Assembly (NCBI GenBank): GCA_029210775.1 | Contig: JARGGI010000002.1 | Location: forward strand, 12,478 to 76,477 | Origin: Patescibacteria group bacterium | GTDB lineage: Bacteria; Patescibacteriota; Minisyncoccia; JAHIHE01; JAGLIN01 | DNA: 64,000 nucleotides | Reading direction: 5' to 3' | Shown here: piece by piece, positions 19,229-28,367 of the stretch | Layout of the letters: each line of letters starts with the position of its first letter | Position numbering within the stretch: the stretch's first letter is position 1 | Notes under the pieces: model-generated | Told to the model about the DNA's origin: nothing | Database searches by the model: none | Seen by the model: only the letters and a program-made list of their open reading frames with translations | Program-made: the position numbers and the translations under genes

Positions 19229-20767
19229 CTATTTAGCTCTCTTTTTTCTTCTCATAATCCTAAAAACTCCGTAAATATCAATCAAGATTGCGCCAGCAAA
19301 AATTGAAACAAACTTCCAATAATTTTTCTCAGATTCATCAAGTTCTTTCAATGGCCTGTCAATAATGTTTTTTGATCGAATTGAAGAAAGATTAACTAAG
19401 TTTGAAACCGAATCAACAAGATTCATAAAAAATGTGATATTATCAGGAATTTGTTTTGAAAAGTTAGGACTTACGAAATCAGAGTCTCCAACCACAAACA
19501 AGATTCCAGATTGTGAGTTTTCTTCTTTAGATTCAGAAATCGCTGCAATTGTCTTTTTTGATCCACCTAAAAAAACAAGTCTACTATCTGGTAATAAATT
19601 AAAACTATCAGACATTGTTTTTCCTTGATTCGTAGAGCTTAATAAAGATTTTGCCACATATTCATCTTTTTCAGATAGTTTTAAAGAGGATACCCATGGA
19701 AAAGTAACTGATTGAATTCCAGAAAGCGACGGATGGCTTTCAAAATTGTCTTGAACAGCTTTTACCCAAAACGGATATGGCTTGCTAACTGAGAAAAATC
19801 CTTGCTGATATGTGATATTAGAATTTGATTTGTCATATATTAAATCAGAATTAATTTCAATTCCATATTTTTTTATAAGTTCGTTTAAATTATTTTCAAC
19901 AGGCACTGCGTTTAAATTTTGTTGAACATCAGGAACAATGTTTTCAGAAGCAACAATTACATTTCCACCATTAGAAATAAATTCATCAATAACTGAAATT
20001 TCTTCACTTATAATTTCTTTTTCAGGTCCAATGATGATTAAAGTTAATGGAGTTATATATTCCTTTTCAACCTGTTCTTCTCCATCTTCATTTGTTTTAT
20101 TTTTTGAAATATAAAAACCTTTATTATCGCCTTCAATTTCAATTTGAACATCAGCTATTTCATAAGATTTTTTCAGGTCTTCAATTTGAACATCTTTTTC
20201 ACCGTGTCCAGTTAAAAATGCCACAGTTTCTTGCGAATCCCTTGAGACTGAATAGACTGCAGAGATAAAATCATATTCCCAGCTATTAATCGCTTGAATG
20301 ATTGGAATTGCTTCTCTTTTTATTTCACCATCTTTTTCAGAAGTAATTTCAACCCCAAAAAATCCTTGTTTAACTTCATATTTATCTTTTTCAATTACAT
20401 TAAATTGAAGCTGAGGAATTCCAATTTCTGCAAGTTCTTGGGCTTTTTCAGAAGTATTTTCTGGCTCAATATATGAAACCTTTAGTTTTGATCCTGCAAT
20501 ATCTTGATACTGATTCATCGAATCTAAAAGCTGTGTTTTTGTTGTGATTAAATCAGATGGCAAATCTTTTGAAATATAGAAATTAACGACAACTTCATCA
20601 TTCAGATTTTTGAGTATATCTTTTGATGCTTCCGAAGTGGTATAAATTTTTTCTTCCGTTAAATCAAAATAGACCGAATTTTGCGAAACTAAAAAATTAA
20701 TAGCTATCAAAAAAGATAGAAAAATTAAAACTGAACTTACTGAGGAATTTAGGATTTTTTTATTCAT
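19229..20767 (-). CDS. GldG-family ABC transporter auxiliary component
   Basis: FDLTEEKIYTTS, VAFLTGHGE and VVGDSDF motifs; TMs at both ends. Confidence 0.88.
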   Translation of the reverse strand: MNKKILNSSVSSVLIFLSFLIAINFLVSQNSVYFDLTEEKIYTTSEASKDILKNLNDEVVVNFYISKDLPSDLITTKTQLLDSMNQYQDIAGSKLKVSYIEPENTSEKAQELAEIGIPQLQFNVIEKDKYEVKQGFFGVEITSEKDGEIKREAIPIIQAINSWEYDFISAVYSVSRDSQETVAFLTGHGEKDVQIEDLKKSYEIADVQIEIEGDNKGFYISKNKTNEDGEEQVEKEYITPLTLIIIGPEKEIISEEISVIDEFISNGGNVIVASENIVPDVQQNLNAVPVENNLNELIKKYGIEINSDLIYDKSNSNITYQQGFFSVSKPYPFWVKAVQDNFESHPSLSGIQSVTFPWVSSLKLSEKDEYVAKSLLSSTNQGKTMSDSFNLLPDSRLVFLGGSKKTIAAISESKEENSQSGILFVVGDSDFVSPNFSKQIPDNITFFMNLVDSVSNLVNLSSIRSKNIIDRPLKELDESEKNYWKFVSIFAGAILIDIYGVFRIMRRKKRAK

Positions 20768-20777
20768 AATTTATTTA

Positions 20778-21494
20778 TTATCTCCAATTTTTTAAACTTA
20801 CCACTCTCGCATTTAAGAATAAGAAAAATATAATAATAGAAATATAATATAAAATATCAGAAAGCGAAATAACCCCACGCAGAATTGAATCGAAATGAGT
20901 TGCAAAACTCAAAAACTTTCCAACACTTGCAACTACAGAAGGCATCGTGTCTAAAATCATAGAATTTCCAATTATATAAAAAACAAATATAATCACAACG
21001 GTCACAAGAAATGAAATGATTTGATTTTTTGTAATGGAAGAAACCCAAAGTCCAATTGCAATATAAGATGAACCTAGGAATAATGCGCCAATATAACCTG
21101 CCAACATCACTCCCCTGTCAGGAGTTCCAAGATTTGTAATCATCATTGGAATTGTAAGTGTAAAGACAATCATAATCAAAAGAAAAACAAAACTAGACAA
21201 AAATTTTGCAATGACAACCTTCACAGTTGAAATTGGAAAACTCATCAAAACTTCAACGGTTCCACTTCTTTTTTCTTCTGACCAAGAAGACATCGTTACT
21301 GCCGGAAGAACGAACATAAACAAAATTGGTAAAAGATTGAAAAAGGATCTCATCGACGCCTGCCCAAAAATAAAAAATGATTGAATAAACATCCACCCTG
21401 AAATTACAAGAAAAACAGAAACAACAATATATCCGAGTGGAGAGTTGAAATTGGAATTTAGTTCTTTTTTTACAATTGTAATTGCTTTATTCAT
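20778..21494 (-). CDS. GldF-like ABC-2 permease
   Basis: KELNSNFNSPLGY, SEEKRSGTVEVL and SSITKNQI motifs. Confidence 0.9.
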   Translation of the reverse strand: MNKAITIVKKELNSNFNSPLGYIVVSVFLVISGWMFIQSFFIFGQASMRSFFNLLPILFMFVLPAVTMSSWSEEKRSGTVEVLMSFPISTVKVVIAKFLSSFVFLLIMIVFTLTIPMMITNLGTPDRGVMLAGYIGALFLGSSYIAIGLWVSSITKNQIISFLVTVVIIFVFYIIGNSMILDTMPSVVASVGKFLSFATHFDSILRGVISLSDILYYISIIIFFLFLNARVVSLKNWR

Positions 21495-22458
21495 CGTCTT
21501 TAGTTAAGTTGATAAATACATCTTCAAGATCAATTTGTTTTCTGACAAGTTCCAACAATCCATGATTTTCTTCAATTATAATTCTGGCAATTTCTTTTCT
21601 AATATCATTCTGAAGATTTGAATTTATAATGATTCTGTTTTCAATAATTTCAATATTATTAACCCCCTCAATAACTTCAAGCTTTTGGACTAGTCCGCTT
21701 CCTATTTTGTCAACTTCAATGTGAATAGTTGCTTTGTCTGCTCCACCTTTATTTTCCAGTTCCTCAGGAGTCCCGTCTGCAACAATTTTCCCTTTATTAA
21801 TAATCAAAACTCTTGAACAAGTTGCTTTGACTTCAGAAAGAACATGACTAGATAAAATCACAGTTTTTGATTTACCAATTTCTTTTATTAAATCTCTAAT
21901 TTCAATCCTCTGTTTTGGATCAAGTCCAGTGGTCGGCTCATCAAGAATTACAATTTCAGGATTATGAATAAGTGCCTGCGCAATTCCAGTTCTCTGACGA
22001 TATCCTTTTGACAAAGTCGAGATTTCTGCGTTTTTCTTTTCTCTCAGTCCGCATTTATTAATGACTTCGGAAAGCTTTTCATAAATCTCATCTGAACTAA
22101 TTCCTTGCATTTTTCCAACAAAAATTAAATATTCACTAACTGTCATATCTTCATATAATGGAGCTTGCTCTGGTAGATATCCAATTTTACCTTTGATTTG
22201 TTGTTGTAATAATGGTTGGCTAATGTCCATATTATTAACAGTAACTTTTCCTGAGGTTGATTCAAGAAATGAGACAAGAATTCGAAGTAAAGTTGTTTTT
22301 CCAGCTCCATTTGGACCCAAAATACCAACAACTTCTCCCTCTACGAGCTCAAAAGAAACTCCATTTAAAGCTGTAAAGTCACCATATTTTTTTACTAAAT
22401 TCTCAACTTTTATCATTTTGATTATTAAATATTTTAGATTAAAAAAAATAGAGAACAA
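21487..22458 (-). CDS. GldA-like ABC transporter ATP-binding protein (true start probably MIKVENL, about 22416)
   Basis: GPNGAGKTT, LSKGYRQR, ILDEPTTGLDP and SSH motifs. Confidence 0.93.
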   Translation of the reverse strand: MFSIFFNLKYLIIKMIKVENLVKKYGDFTALNGVSFELVEGEVVGILGPNGAGKTTLLRILVSFLESTSGKVTVNNMDISQPLLQQQIKGKIGYLPEQAPLYEDMTVSEYLIFVGKMQGISSDEIYEKLSEVINKCGLREKKNAEISTLSKGYRQRTGIAQALIHNPEIVILDEPTTGLDPKQRIEIRDLIKEIGKSKTVILSSHVLSEVKATCSRVLIINKGKIVADGTPEELENKGGADKATIHIEVDKIGSGLVQKLEVIEGVNNIEIIENRIIINSNLQNDIRKEIARIIIEENHGLLELVRKQIDLEDVFINLTKDDE

Positions 22459-22948
22459 ACTGTTTTTTTACTTGAAAAATCTATTTGTAATCCACATTAG
22501 TAATTTTATAATAAATTTATTTTCTTGGCAAGGGATTATATTAGTGTGTAAAGGTTAAATAGAAATGTCCTATTTGGACATTTAAATTAATTTATTAGAA
22601 TATTGAAATTTTTTGCCACGGATGATTTGCAAAGTGTTTATTGATTTTAATGAGGATGCTCTGCATCTTGCGAGGCATTTGTTTGGTTTCGCGCGTTTTC
22701 GTTATAAAGATGCCCTACAAAACGCTGAGTATCCTCGTAACGAACATTGTCATATCTTTTATTTTTTTTTGAGACATAATAATGTACTTATCATCAATGG
22801 TGATATATATTTAGTCTATTTAATTAAACAACTAGATATCTTATCACATTAGATAGGAGATTATCACATAATTATCACAGACCCTTTAAAAAATACGAAA
22901 TATTATCTAATAATAGCTATAATAATTGAAAATAAATTATTTGTAATT

Positions 22949-23254
22949 TTATTCTTCTTTCGATTTGTCCATTTTATCTAATCTCAAGACCTTTACTCCA
23001 TAATAAACAACAAGAGCTATAATTAGAAAATCAATAATAACACTTACAAAACTCCCCCATAAAATTTGTGCAGAACCAACTTGTAGAACTGCATTATCAA
23101 GCCCCCCTGCTGTCCCGAGGGCAACTCCAATAATTGGATTAATAATATCAGTAACAAGTGATGCAACTACTTTTGAAACAGCTCCACCTAAAATAAAACC
23201 AACAGCAAGACCAACAACTCCTTGCTCTCTTATAAAATTTATAAAACCTCTCAT
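22949..23254 (-). CDS. mscL: Large-conductance mechanosensitive channel (short form)
   Basis: FINFIREQGVVGLAVGFILGGAVSKVVASLVTDIINP. Confidence 0.92.
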   Translation of the reverse strand: MRGFINFIREQGVVGLAVGFILGGAVSKVVASLVTDIINPIIGVALGTAGGLDNAVLQVGSAQILWGSFVSVIIDFLIIALVVYYGVKVLRLDKMDKSKEE

Positions 23255-23422
23255 ATTTTCTCACCGCCTTTCTATTTTATATATTGCATAAATGACATTA
23301 ATAGTCTATATGGTAATAGAGATTAATTTTATAAAAAAACAAAAACCAATTACACATTTGTTTTTGTATAAAAATTTTTGAAAAGTTTTTAAGATAGAAA
23401 AAATCATTTGTTTTTATTTTTA

Positions 23423-23686
23423 CTATCTTCTTATTTTTTGAACGGCATAATTTGCCATCTCTCTTGCCTTTTCTTCTGAGACTTTCATCTTTATCATTGC
23501 AAGCCTTACTAAATCATTAATTTTTTGCTCATCTATATCTATACTGTTAGATTCAGTACAACTCCTGCTTTTTGAACAAAATCTACAATTTTTTATGTTT
23601 CCTAAGGCTCCAACCATAACTCTTTTGTTTTTGTTCCAAGCTATAACACAATTTTGACAAATTTGCCTCTGTAATAGCTTTTCCAT
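23423..23686 (-). CDS. Hypothetical protein with two CxxC motifs
   Basis: CQNC and CRFC. Confidence 0.6.
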   Translation of the reverse strand: MEKLLQRQICQNCVIAWNKNKRVMVGALGNIKNCRFCSKSRSCTESNSIDIDEQKINDLVRLAMIKMKVSEEKAREMANYAVQKIRR

Positions 23687-23736
23687 AATTTTGATTAATT
23701 GATTAGTTATATAATTTTCAAAATTTTACTAATTTC

Positions 23737-23856
23737 TTTGAATTACGAAATAGCTAAATTTGTCATAGTGAGCTTGTCGAACTATGATAAATTTGATGCA
23801 TTTTCCACCCTTTGACAAGCTTAGGGTGACAAATATATTGAATTTCGTAATTCAAA
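23737..23856. mobile_element. MITE-like composite repeat, copy 1 (TIR TTTGAATTACGAAAT enclosing REP-like hairpins)
   Basis: tttgaattacgaaat...gtcatagtgagcttgtcgaactat...ccctttgacaagcttagggtgac...atttcgtaattcaaa; inverted second copy at 63125-63280. Confidence 0.75.
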
Positions 23857-24409
23857 GTAATTTATACTTTGCTTTGAAAAATTTAGTGCTGGATTTTTAG
23901 TATAACAATTTTTTAAACAAGCAACCAGTAAAGTTTTCCACAGGAGAAAACAAAAAAAATCCAAAAAAATTATCATATAACAATCAACTCCTCAACTTAT
24001 ATTTCAGTAAGATATCATTTTGTGTATAATGTCTATGCAAAAGATGAGATACATAGGTAATACCCCTAATTTGCCTAAAATCAAGAAAAAAGGCAGTGAA
24101 AAAACAAGCATCAAGCTTATTTAACACTGCCCTTTTTTTATTTTGCATTATAAACAATTGTTATGTATCTAATAAGGACAGTCCTTCTACCAATTTATGA
24201 AACAAAAACCAAAAACAGAGTCAAACGATATTCTTAATATAAAACTTCAAAGGAATGTTTTTTACATTTATTGTTTTACCATGTGCGGGATTTATATGTC
24301 ATTTCAGATGGAGGAATTTCTCTTTGTCTCACAGAATTATTTAATATAATTTAGTGTATACAAAAAAAGTCCTTTGACTCCTTTTGCCGTTCGAATTGAT
24401 AAACAATAC

Positions 24410-24628
24410 TTAATTAGAATCTGGAACCAACCCCATATATCTCCAATTCACCTCTGTTAATCTCGTTTCTTCGCTGACCACGCACGCTGGATTACAACCA
24501 TCTTTTTCAAGTTCAGGCATTCTTTACAGATAAATCCACTAAGTTTTAGAATTTTCATTATAAAAATATTTATCAGTTAATATTCCGGCCATAGAACATT
24601 TTTTGCTTTCTCGGGCAATCACCAAAGC
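24410..24628 (-). pseudogene. Decayed in-frame C-terminal domain of the upstream Gmad2-like gene
   Basis: Frame continues after the stop: ALVIARESKKCSMAG...NSKT*WIYL*RMPELEKDGCNPACVVSEETRLTEVNWRYMGLVPDSN*. Confidence 0.6.
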
Positions 24629-25213
24629 TTAGTCAGAGTTTAAGGGAAGAACGATTTCTCCGTTTTTCTCAAACAAAACAGGTATTTCCAGCGCATCATC
24701 GTTTTCTGGTAAATCCGACGGATTATCTTTTTGCAAAATCAATGTCCCATTGTTTTTATATTCAGGAACTTCAAATTCAATAACAGCCACAAACGGTACA
24801 AATTCTTCCGTCATCCATTCGCCTTGAGCTTGAGCAATTCCGTCACCGATAATCAATCCGTCCCAATTAGTTAAGACCACAGGGAAATCACCTTCAAAAA
24901 ACCAAAATCCCCTCGCCTGTCCTTTAATTACAAGAGGGCTTTTGATAGCTTGATTTGGACGCGGATAGTCAAGAAAAATGAGATCTGCTTTTTCATTTTC
25001 ATTTCCTATATATTCCGTAAAAGTTTTCTTGCCTGCTCGACATTGACGCGGATAACTTTCCATCACTGGATTACCATCCTTGACACACTCTTGAAAATTA
25101 TTAACCTTGACAACTTCTTCAACTTTATTATTTTTATAAACAAAGTTTAACCACCAAGCTCCAAGACCAGCCATAATAATAATTGTGATTATAATTAATA
25201 ATAGTTTATTCAT
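24629..25213 (-). CDS. Membrane-anchored protein with Gmad2-like Ig domain
   Basis: TM; NFQECVKDGNPVMESYPRQC motif; SPLVIKGQARGFWFFEGDFPV...KDNPS. Confidence 0.8.
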   Translation of the reverse strand: MNKLLLIIITIIIMAGLGAWWLNFVYKNNKVEEVVKVNNFQECVKDGNPVMESYPRQCRAGKKTFTEYIGNENEKADLIFLDYPRPNQAIKSPLVIKGQARGFWFFEGDFPVVLTNWDGLIIGDGIAQAQGEWMTEEFVPFVAVIEFEVPEYKNNGTLILQKDNPSDLPENDDALEIPVLFEKNGEIVLPLNSD

Positions 25214-25318
25214 ACGTTTAATTTATATTTAAAACTAACTTAATAATATAACTTTTAAAAAATTATGCAAATATTAAATTCACTAGTTTTATAATATATT
25301 TAACCTAATTTCTCAATC

Positions 25319-25347
25319 AAAAACCCCAAGAATAGTCCTGGGGTTTA
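25319..25347 (-). terminator. Probable intrinsic terminator
   Basis: aaaaaccccaagaatagtcctggggttt hairpin downstream of 25372-27090. Confidence 0.55.
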
Positions 25348-25371
25348 TATAAATACGATTTCAACTTTGCT

Positions 25372-27090
25372 CTATTGCTCTTCTACATAAGAACCTGAAA
25401 CCCAGCCAGATTTGCCAGATTTAGTTTTAATCTTATACCATCCATTTTTCTTTTCAATGAATTTATAGACTTCTGATTTTTTTACGGTGTCTAAAACAGC
25501 ACCTGCAGTTGAGCTATCGCTTCTCACTCTTAACACCAAAGCATCTACAATTTTTATCGAAACAGCTTCAGAATCTAAATCAGGATAACTTTTTAAAGTC
25601 TCTGCAATCACTTCTCGCACATCTTCCCAATTATATCCTGCTGCACTAAATTCTTCAGCAGTTCTTATCCAATGCTTCTTTCCATCTTTGATTTTATATA
25701 CTTTATGATCACCCACTGCTCTTAGAAGATCCGATGAAACTGCATCTTGATAAGCAACCAAGACCTCAGGAGATACTTCTTTAATTTGGTCCCAATTATA
25801 TCCTGCTGCGCTAAATTCTTCAGCAGTTCTTATCCAATGCTTCTTTCCATCTTTGATTTTATATACTTTATTGCTTCCGATTGCTCTCAAAAGATCAGAA
25901 ACAAGAGGCTCGGCATCGGGATATTTTTCAAGAAGTTCAGCTGATATTTCTTGAATTTTTTTCCAGTCATAACCTTTTTTTTCAAATTCCTTTGCAGTTT
26001 TGATCCAATGTTTTTTCTTATTTTTAATCACATAAACCTTATGACTTCCTGGCATTCTATAAAGAGTTACTCCAGAATGACAATTTGGCGTTGTTGGACC
26101 AGCAACTGCTCCATCTGGAGGTGTAATATTATCCTCATCTTCATCGTCACATTCATTATCTTCATCATCGTCATCATCTTCGTCTTCGTCATCACATTCA
26201 TCTTCGTCTTCGTCATCACATTTTTCATCAACAGTTCCACCTGTTGTTGTAAAAGTAAACGGATTGCTAACAACAGAATCGTCAGGAGTATTTTGAAGCG
26301 CCTTATCTGCATTATTGACCCCACCTACTGCCAAAGGGGCAATGAGTGTTACTGTTTCAACTGTTCCAGAAGCAAAATTACCAACCTTTTCAAATGTTAC
26401 AAATTTTTCAGAAACATCCCAAGACGGCATTGACCAATTTCCTGGGTTAGGAGAAATTGACCATTCATCATTTGCGCTAATGGTGGTTATGTCCATCTGT
26501 TCAGAAAAAGTAATAATAATGTTTGCATCTAACGAAATGTTCGTAGCACCATCCAAAGAAGTTCCATTTTGATCTTTAGCTGTCAAAATTATCGGGTGAG
26601 CGCCATCTTTTTCCTCGACATCGCTTGTAATTGAAGCCACACTAACACTCGTTGTGCCATTAGTAATTTTCAAATCTGAATCAGTTGCGTTATAAACAAC
26701 ATTCAAGGCTGTTCCAGATGTGTTTGCACTTAAATCTGTATCAGTCTCATCTAAAACCAACTTAAAAATCGCAATTATTCCATCTCCGCTCACAAACGAA
26801 ATAGAGCTGATAGTAACTGCATTACTTGAAGTTGAATCAGTAACTATAAATTTACCGATTGTTGTTGCCTCGTCAGTGGCATGATCAATTGCACTGGCAG
26901 AAGCAACTGCATAATCAACTGTGATATGCACTTCATCAATTTTACCATTTGAATTGGTGTCTTTTAATAAAATCCCGCCTGTGGAATTTAGGTCTCCGTC
27001 TGCCGCTCTTACGGCTTGTGATCCAAACATCAAACCGATTGCTAAAATCATTGATGTAAGCACCAAAATTCCCCTTTTATTTTGTTTCAT
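25372..27090 (-). CDS. Secreted multidomain surface protein: Ig-like domains, acidic Cys-Asp/Glu tract, three tandem repeats, C-terminal SH3b-like domain
   Basis: Signal peptide; ITFSEQMD; CDDEDED x3; (LLRA)xGxxKVYxIKxxKKHWIxTAxEF repeats; LRVRS...GWYKI...GWVS. Confidence 0.8.
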   Translation of the reverse strand: MKQNKRGILVLTSMILAIGLMFGSQAVRAADGDLNSTGGILLKDTNSNGKIDEVHITVDYAVASASAIDHATDEATTIGKFIVTDSTSSNAVTISSISFVSGDGIIAIFKLVLDETDTDLSANTSGTALNVVYNATDSDLKITNGTTSVSVASITSDVEEKDGAHPIILTAKDQNGTSLDGATNISLDANIIITFSEQMDITTISANDEWSISPNPGNWSMPSWDVSEKFVTFEKVGNFASGTVETVTLIAPLAVGGVNNADKALQNTPDDSVVSNPFTFTTTGGTVDEKCDDEDEDECDDEDEDDDDDEDNECDDEDEDNITPPDGAVAGPTTPNCHSGVTLYRMPGSHKVYVIKNKKKHWIKTAKEFEKKGYDWKKIQEISAELLEKYPDAEPLVSDLLRAIGSNKVYKIKDGKKHWIRTAEEFSAAGYNWDQIKEVSPEVLVAYQDAVSSDLLRAVGDHKVYKIKDGKKHWIRTAEEFSAAGYNWEDVREVIAETLKSYPDLDSEAVSIKIVDALVLRVRSDSSTAGAVLDTVKKSEVYKFIEKKNGWYKIKTKSGKSGWVSGSYVEEQ

Positions 27091-27419
27091 TTTTTTGTCC
27101 CTTTCTTTTAAAAAATTATGATTAAAAATTAATTAATTAAATATATTTAAATATTGTCAAAGATCTTTTTCTCTGCTTATGTTTAATATTATAACATATT
27201 TTAACTATTAATCAAAAGCCACCCTATATAATATAAGACGCGGGACAATTCCAAAACTTACATTATATAAAAACGCAAATATTAGCGATTATTTTGTCGC
27301 AGTAGTGACGGACCTATGTATCTGCCCTAATCGCAGAATAAATTTTGTTTTGTTGGTTTGAAAACCGTTACATTTTTTTTATTATATTCTTATATATTTT
27401 ATAACTTATTGATAGCCAA

Positions 27420-28367
27420 TTATATAAAATTTTTAAATAATAACAAAAATGTTGTTATATTACTTTTTATATAATACCCACTAACATAACTTGTAACCGT
27501 TTTATCCTGACTTCCAAAATCTGAACTATTTTTATTATCTTTTAAATAAAAATCAAACTCTTCATCTTCTAAATATCCTAAAAGAATCGCTAAACAAGCC
27601 CTACAATCAGAATTTACATTATCGATATTTTCTTCATTTAGGCCTTTCAAACTTTCAATACTTTTTAAATCGTTTTCTTGAGAATTAATAATCGAAACAT
27701 TATGTGAAAAATCACTACTAATAATGATCAATGCCCCCTCACCTACAACCATTTTAATATCATTACCAACATCAATATATTTTTTATAATCTTTGTTATT
27801 TTTTATAATTAAAGGAACAATTCTAACTTTTGGAAATGATTTTTTTATAAAAGGAACCAAGGTATAAATTGAATGTTCATTCCGAAAAACTGAATCATTT
27901 TCCTTTATATAATCAAAAGTCAATAATTTATCTTGTATTTCCAAATTGGAATCCATCTGACCAAAAGGAGTGTCCCATGATAGTTTAGTAGTCACAATAT
28001 CAATTTTACTTTTATCTAACTCTCCGTAATGATCTGGTCCTATGAGAATTATATTTCTAATTTCATTTCCATCAATTCCTGAAAAAAAATTTGCAATAAG
28101 ATTTTTCGCCAAAAAATGATGTGAGGTTATTCCAGCTTTAATTTCCTTCTTATTAATTTCAAAAACATTCAAAAATGCACTGTCATAATCTTTCTTATTT
28201 TTGAAATAACTACTTAACTTTTTTTCAGATTTATCAATATCTTTGTTGAGATTGCCTTTATAACTTGTATCTATTTGAAAATTTTCAAAAGAAAAATTGC
28301 CCACTATCATAATATATAGCGGGACAATTAATATAAGAATGAAAAATATGAAAACTTTATTTTTCAT
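27420..28367 (-). CDS. MEMO1 / AmmeMemoRadiSam protein B-like, membrane anchored
   Basis: GITSHH, ILIGPDH, EHSI and SSDFSH motifs. Confidence 0.85.
   Translation of the reverse strand: MKNKVFIFFILILIVPLYIMIVGNFSFENFQIDTSYKGNLNKDIDKSEKKLSSYFKNKKDYDSAFLNVFEINKKEIKAGITSHHFLAKNLIANFFSGIDGNEIRNIILIGPDHYGELDKSKIDIVTTKLSWDTPFGQMDSNLEIQDKLLTFDYIKENDSVFRNEHSIYTLVPFIKKSFPKVRIVPLIIKNNKDYKKYIDVGNDIKMVVGEGALIIISSDFSHNVSIINSQENDLKSIESLKGLNEENIDNVNSDCRACLAILLGYLEDEEFDFYLKDNKNSSDFGSQDKTVTSYVSGYYIKSNITTFLLLFKNFI

Noticed and set aside
19229-22458. Gliding motility system suggested by GldA/F/G-like genes
   Set aside because: This ABC module is widespread outside gliding bacteria, and no other gld/spr genes are present.
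22598-22852. Possible small gene between the ABC ATPase and mscL
   Set aside because: The plus-strand ORF lacks support and the minus-strand frame has an early TAG; no product could be assigned.
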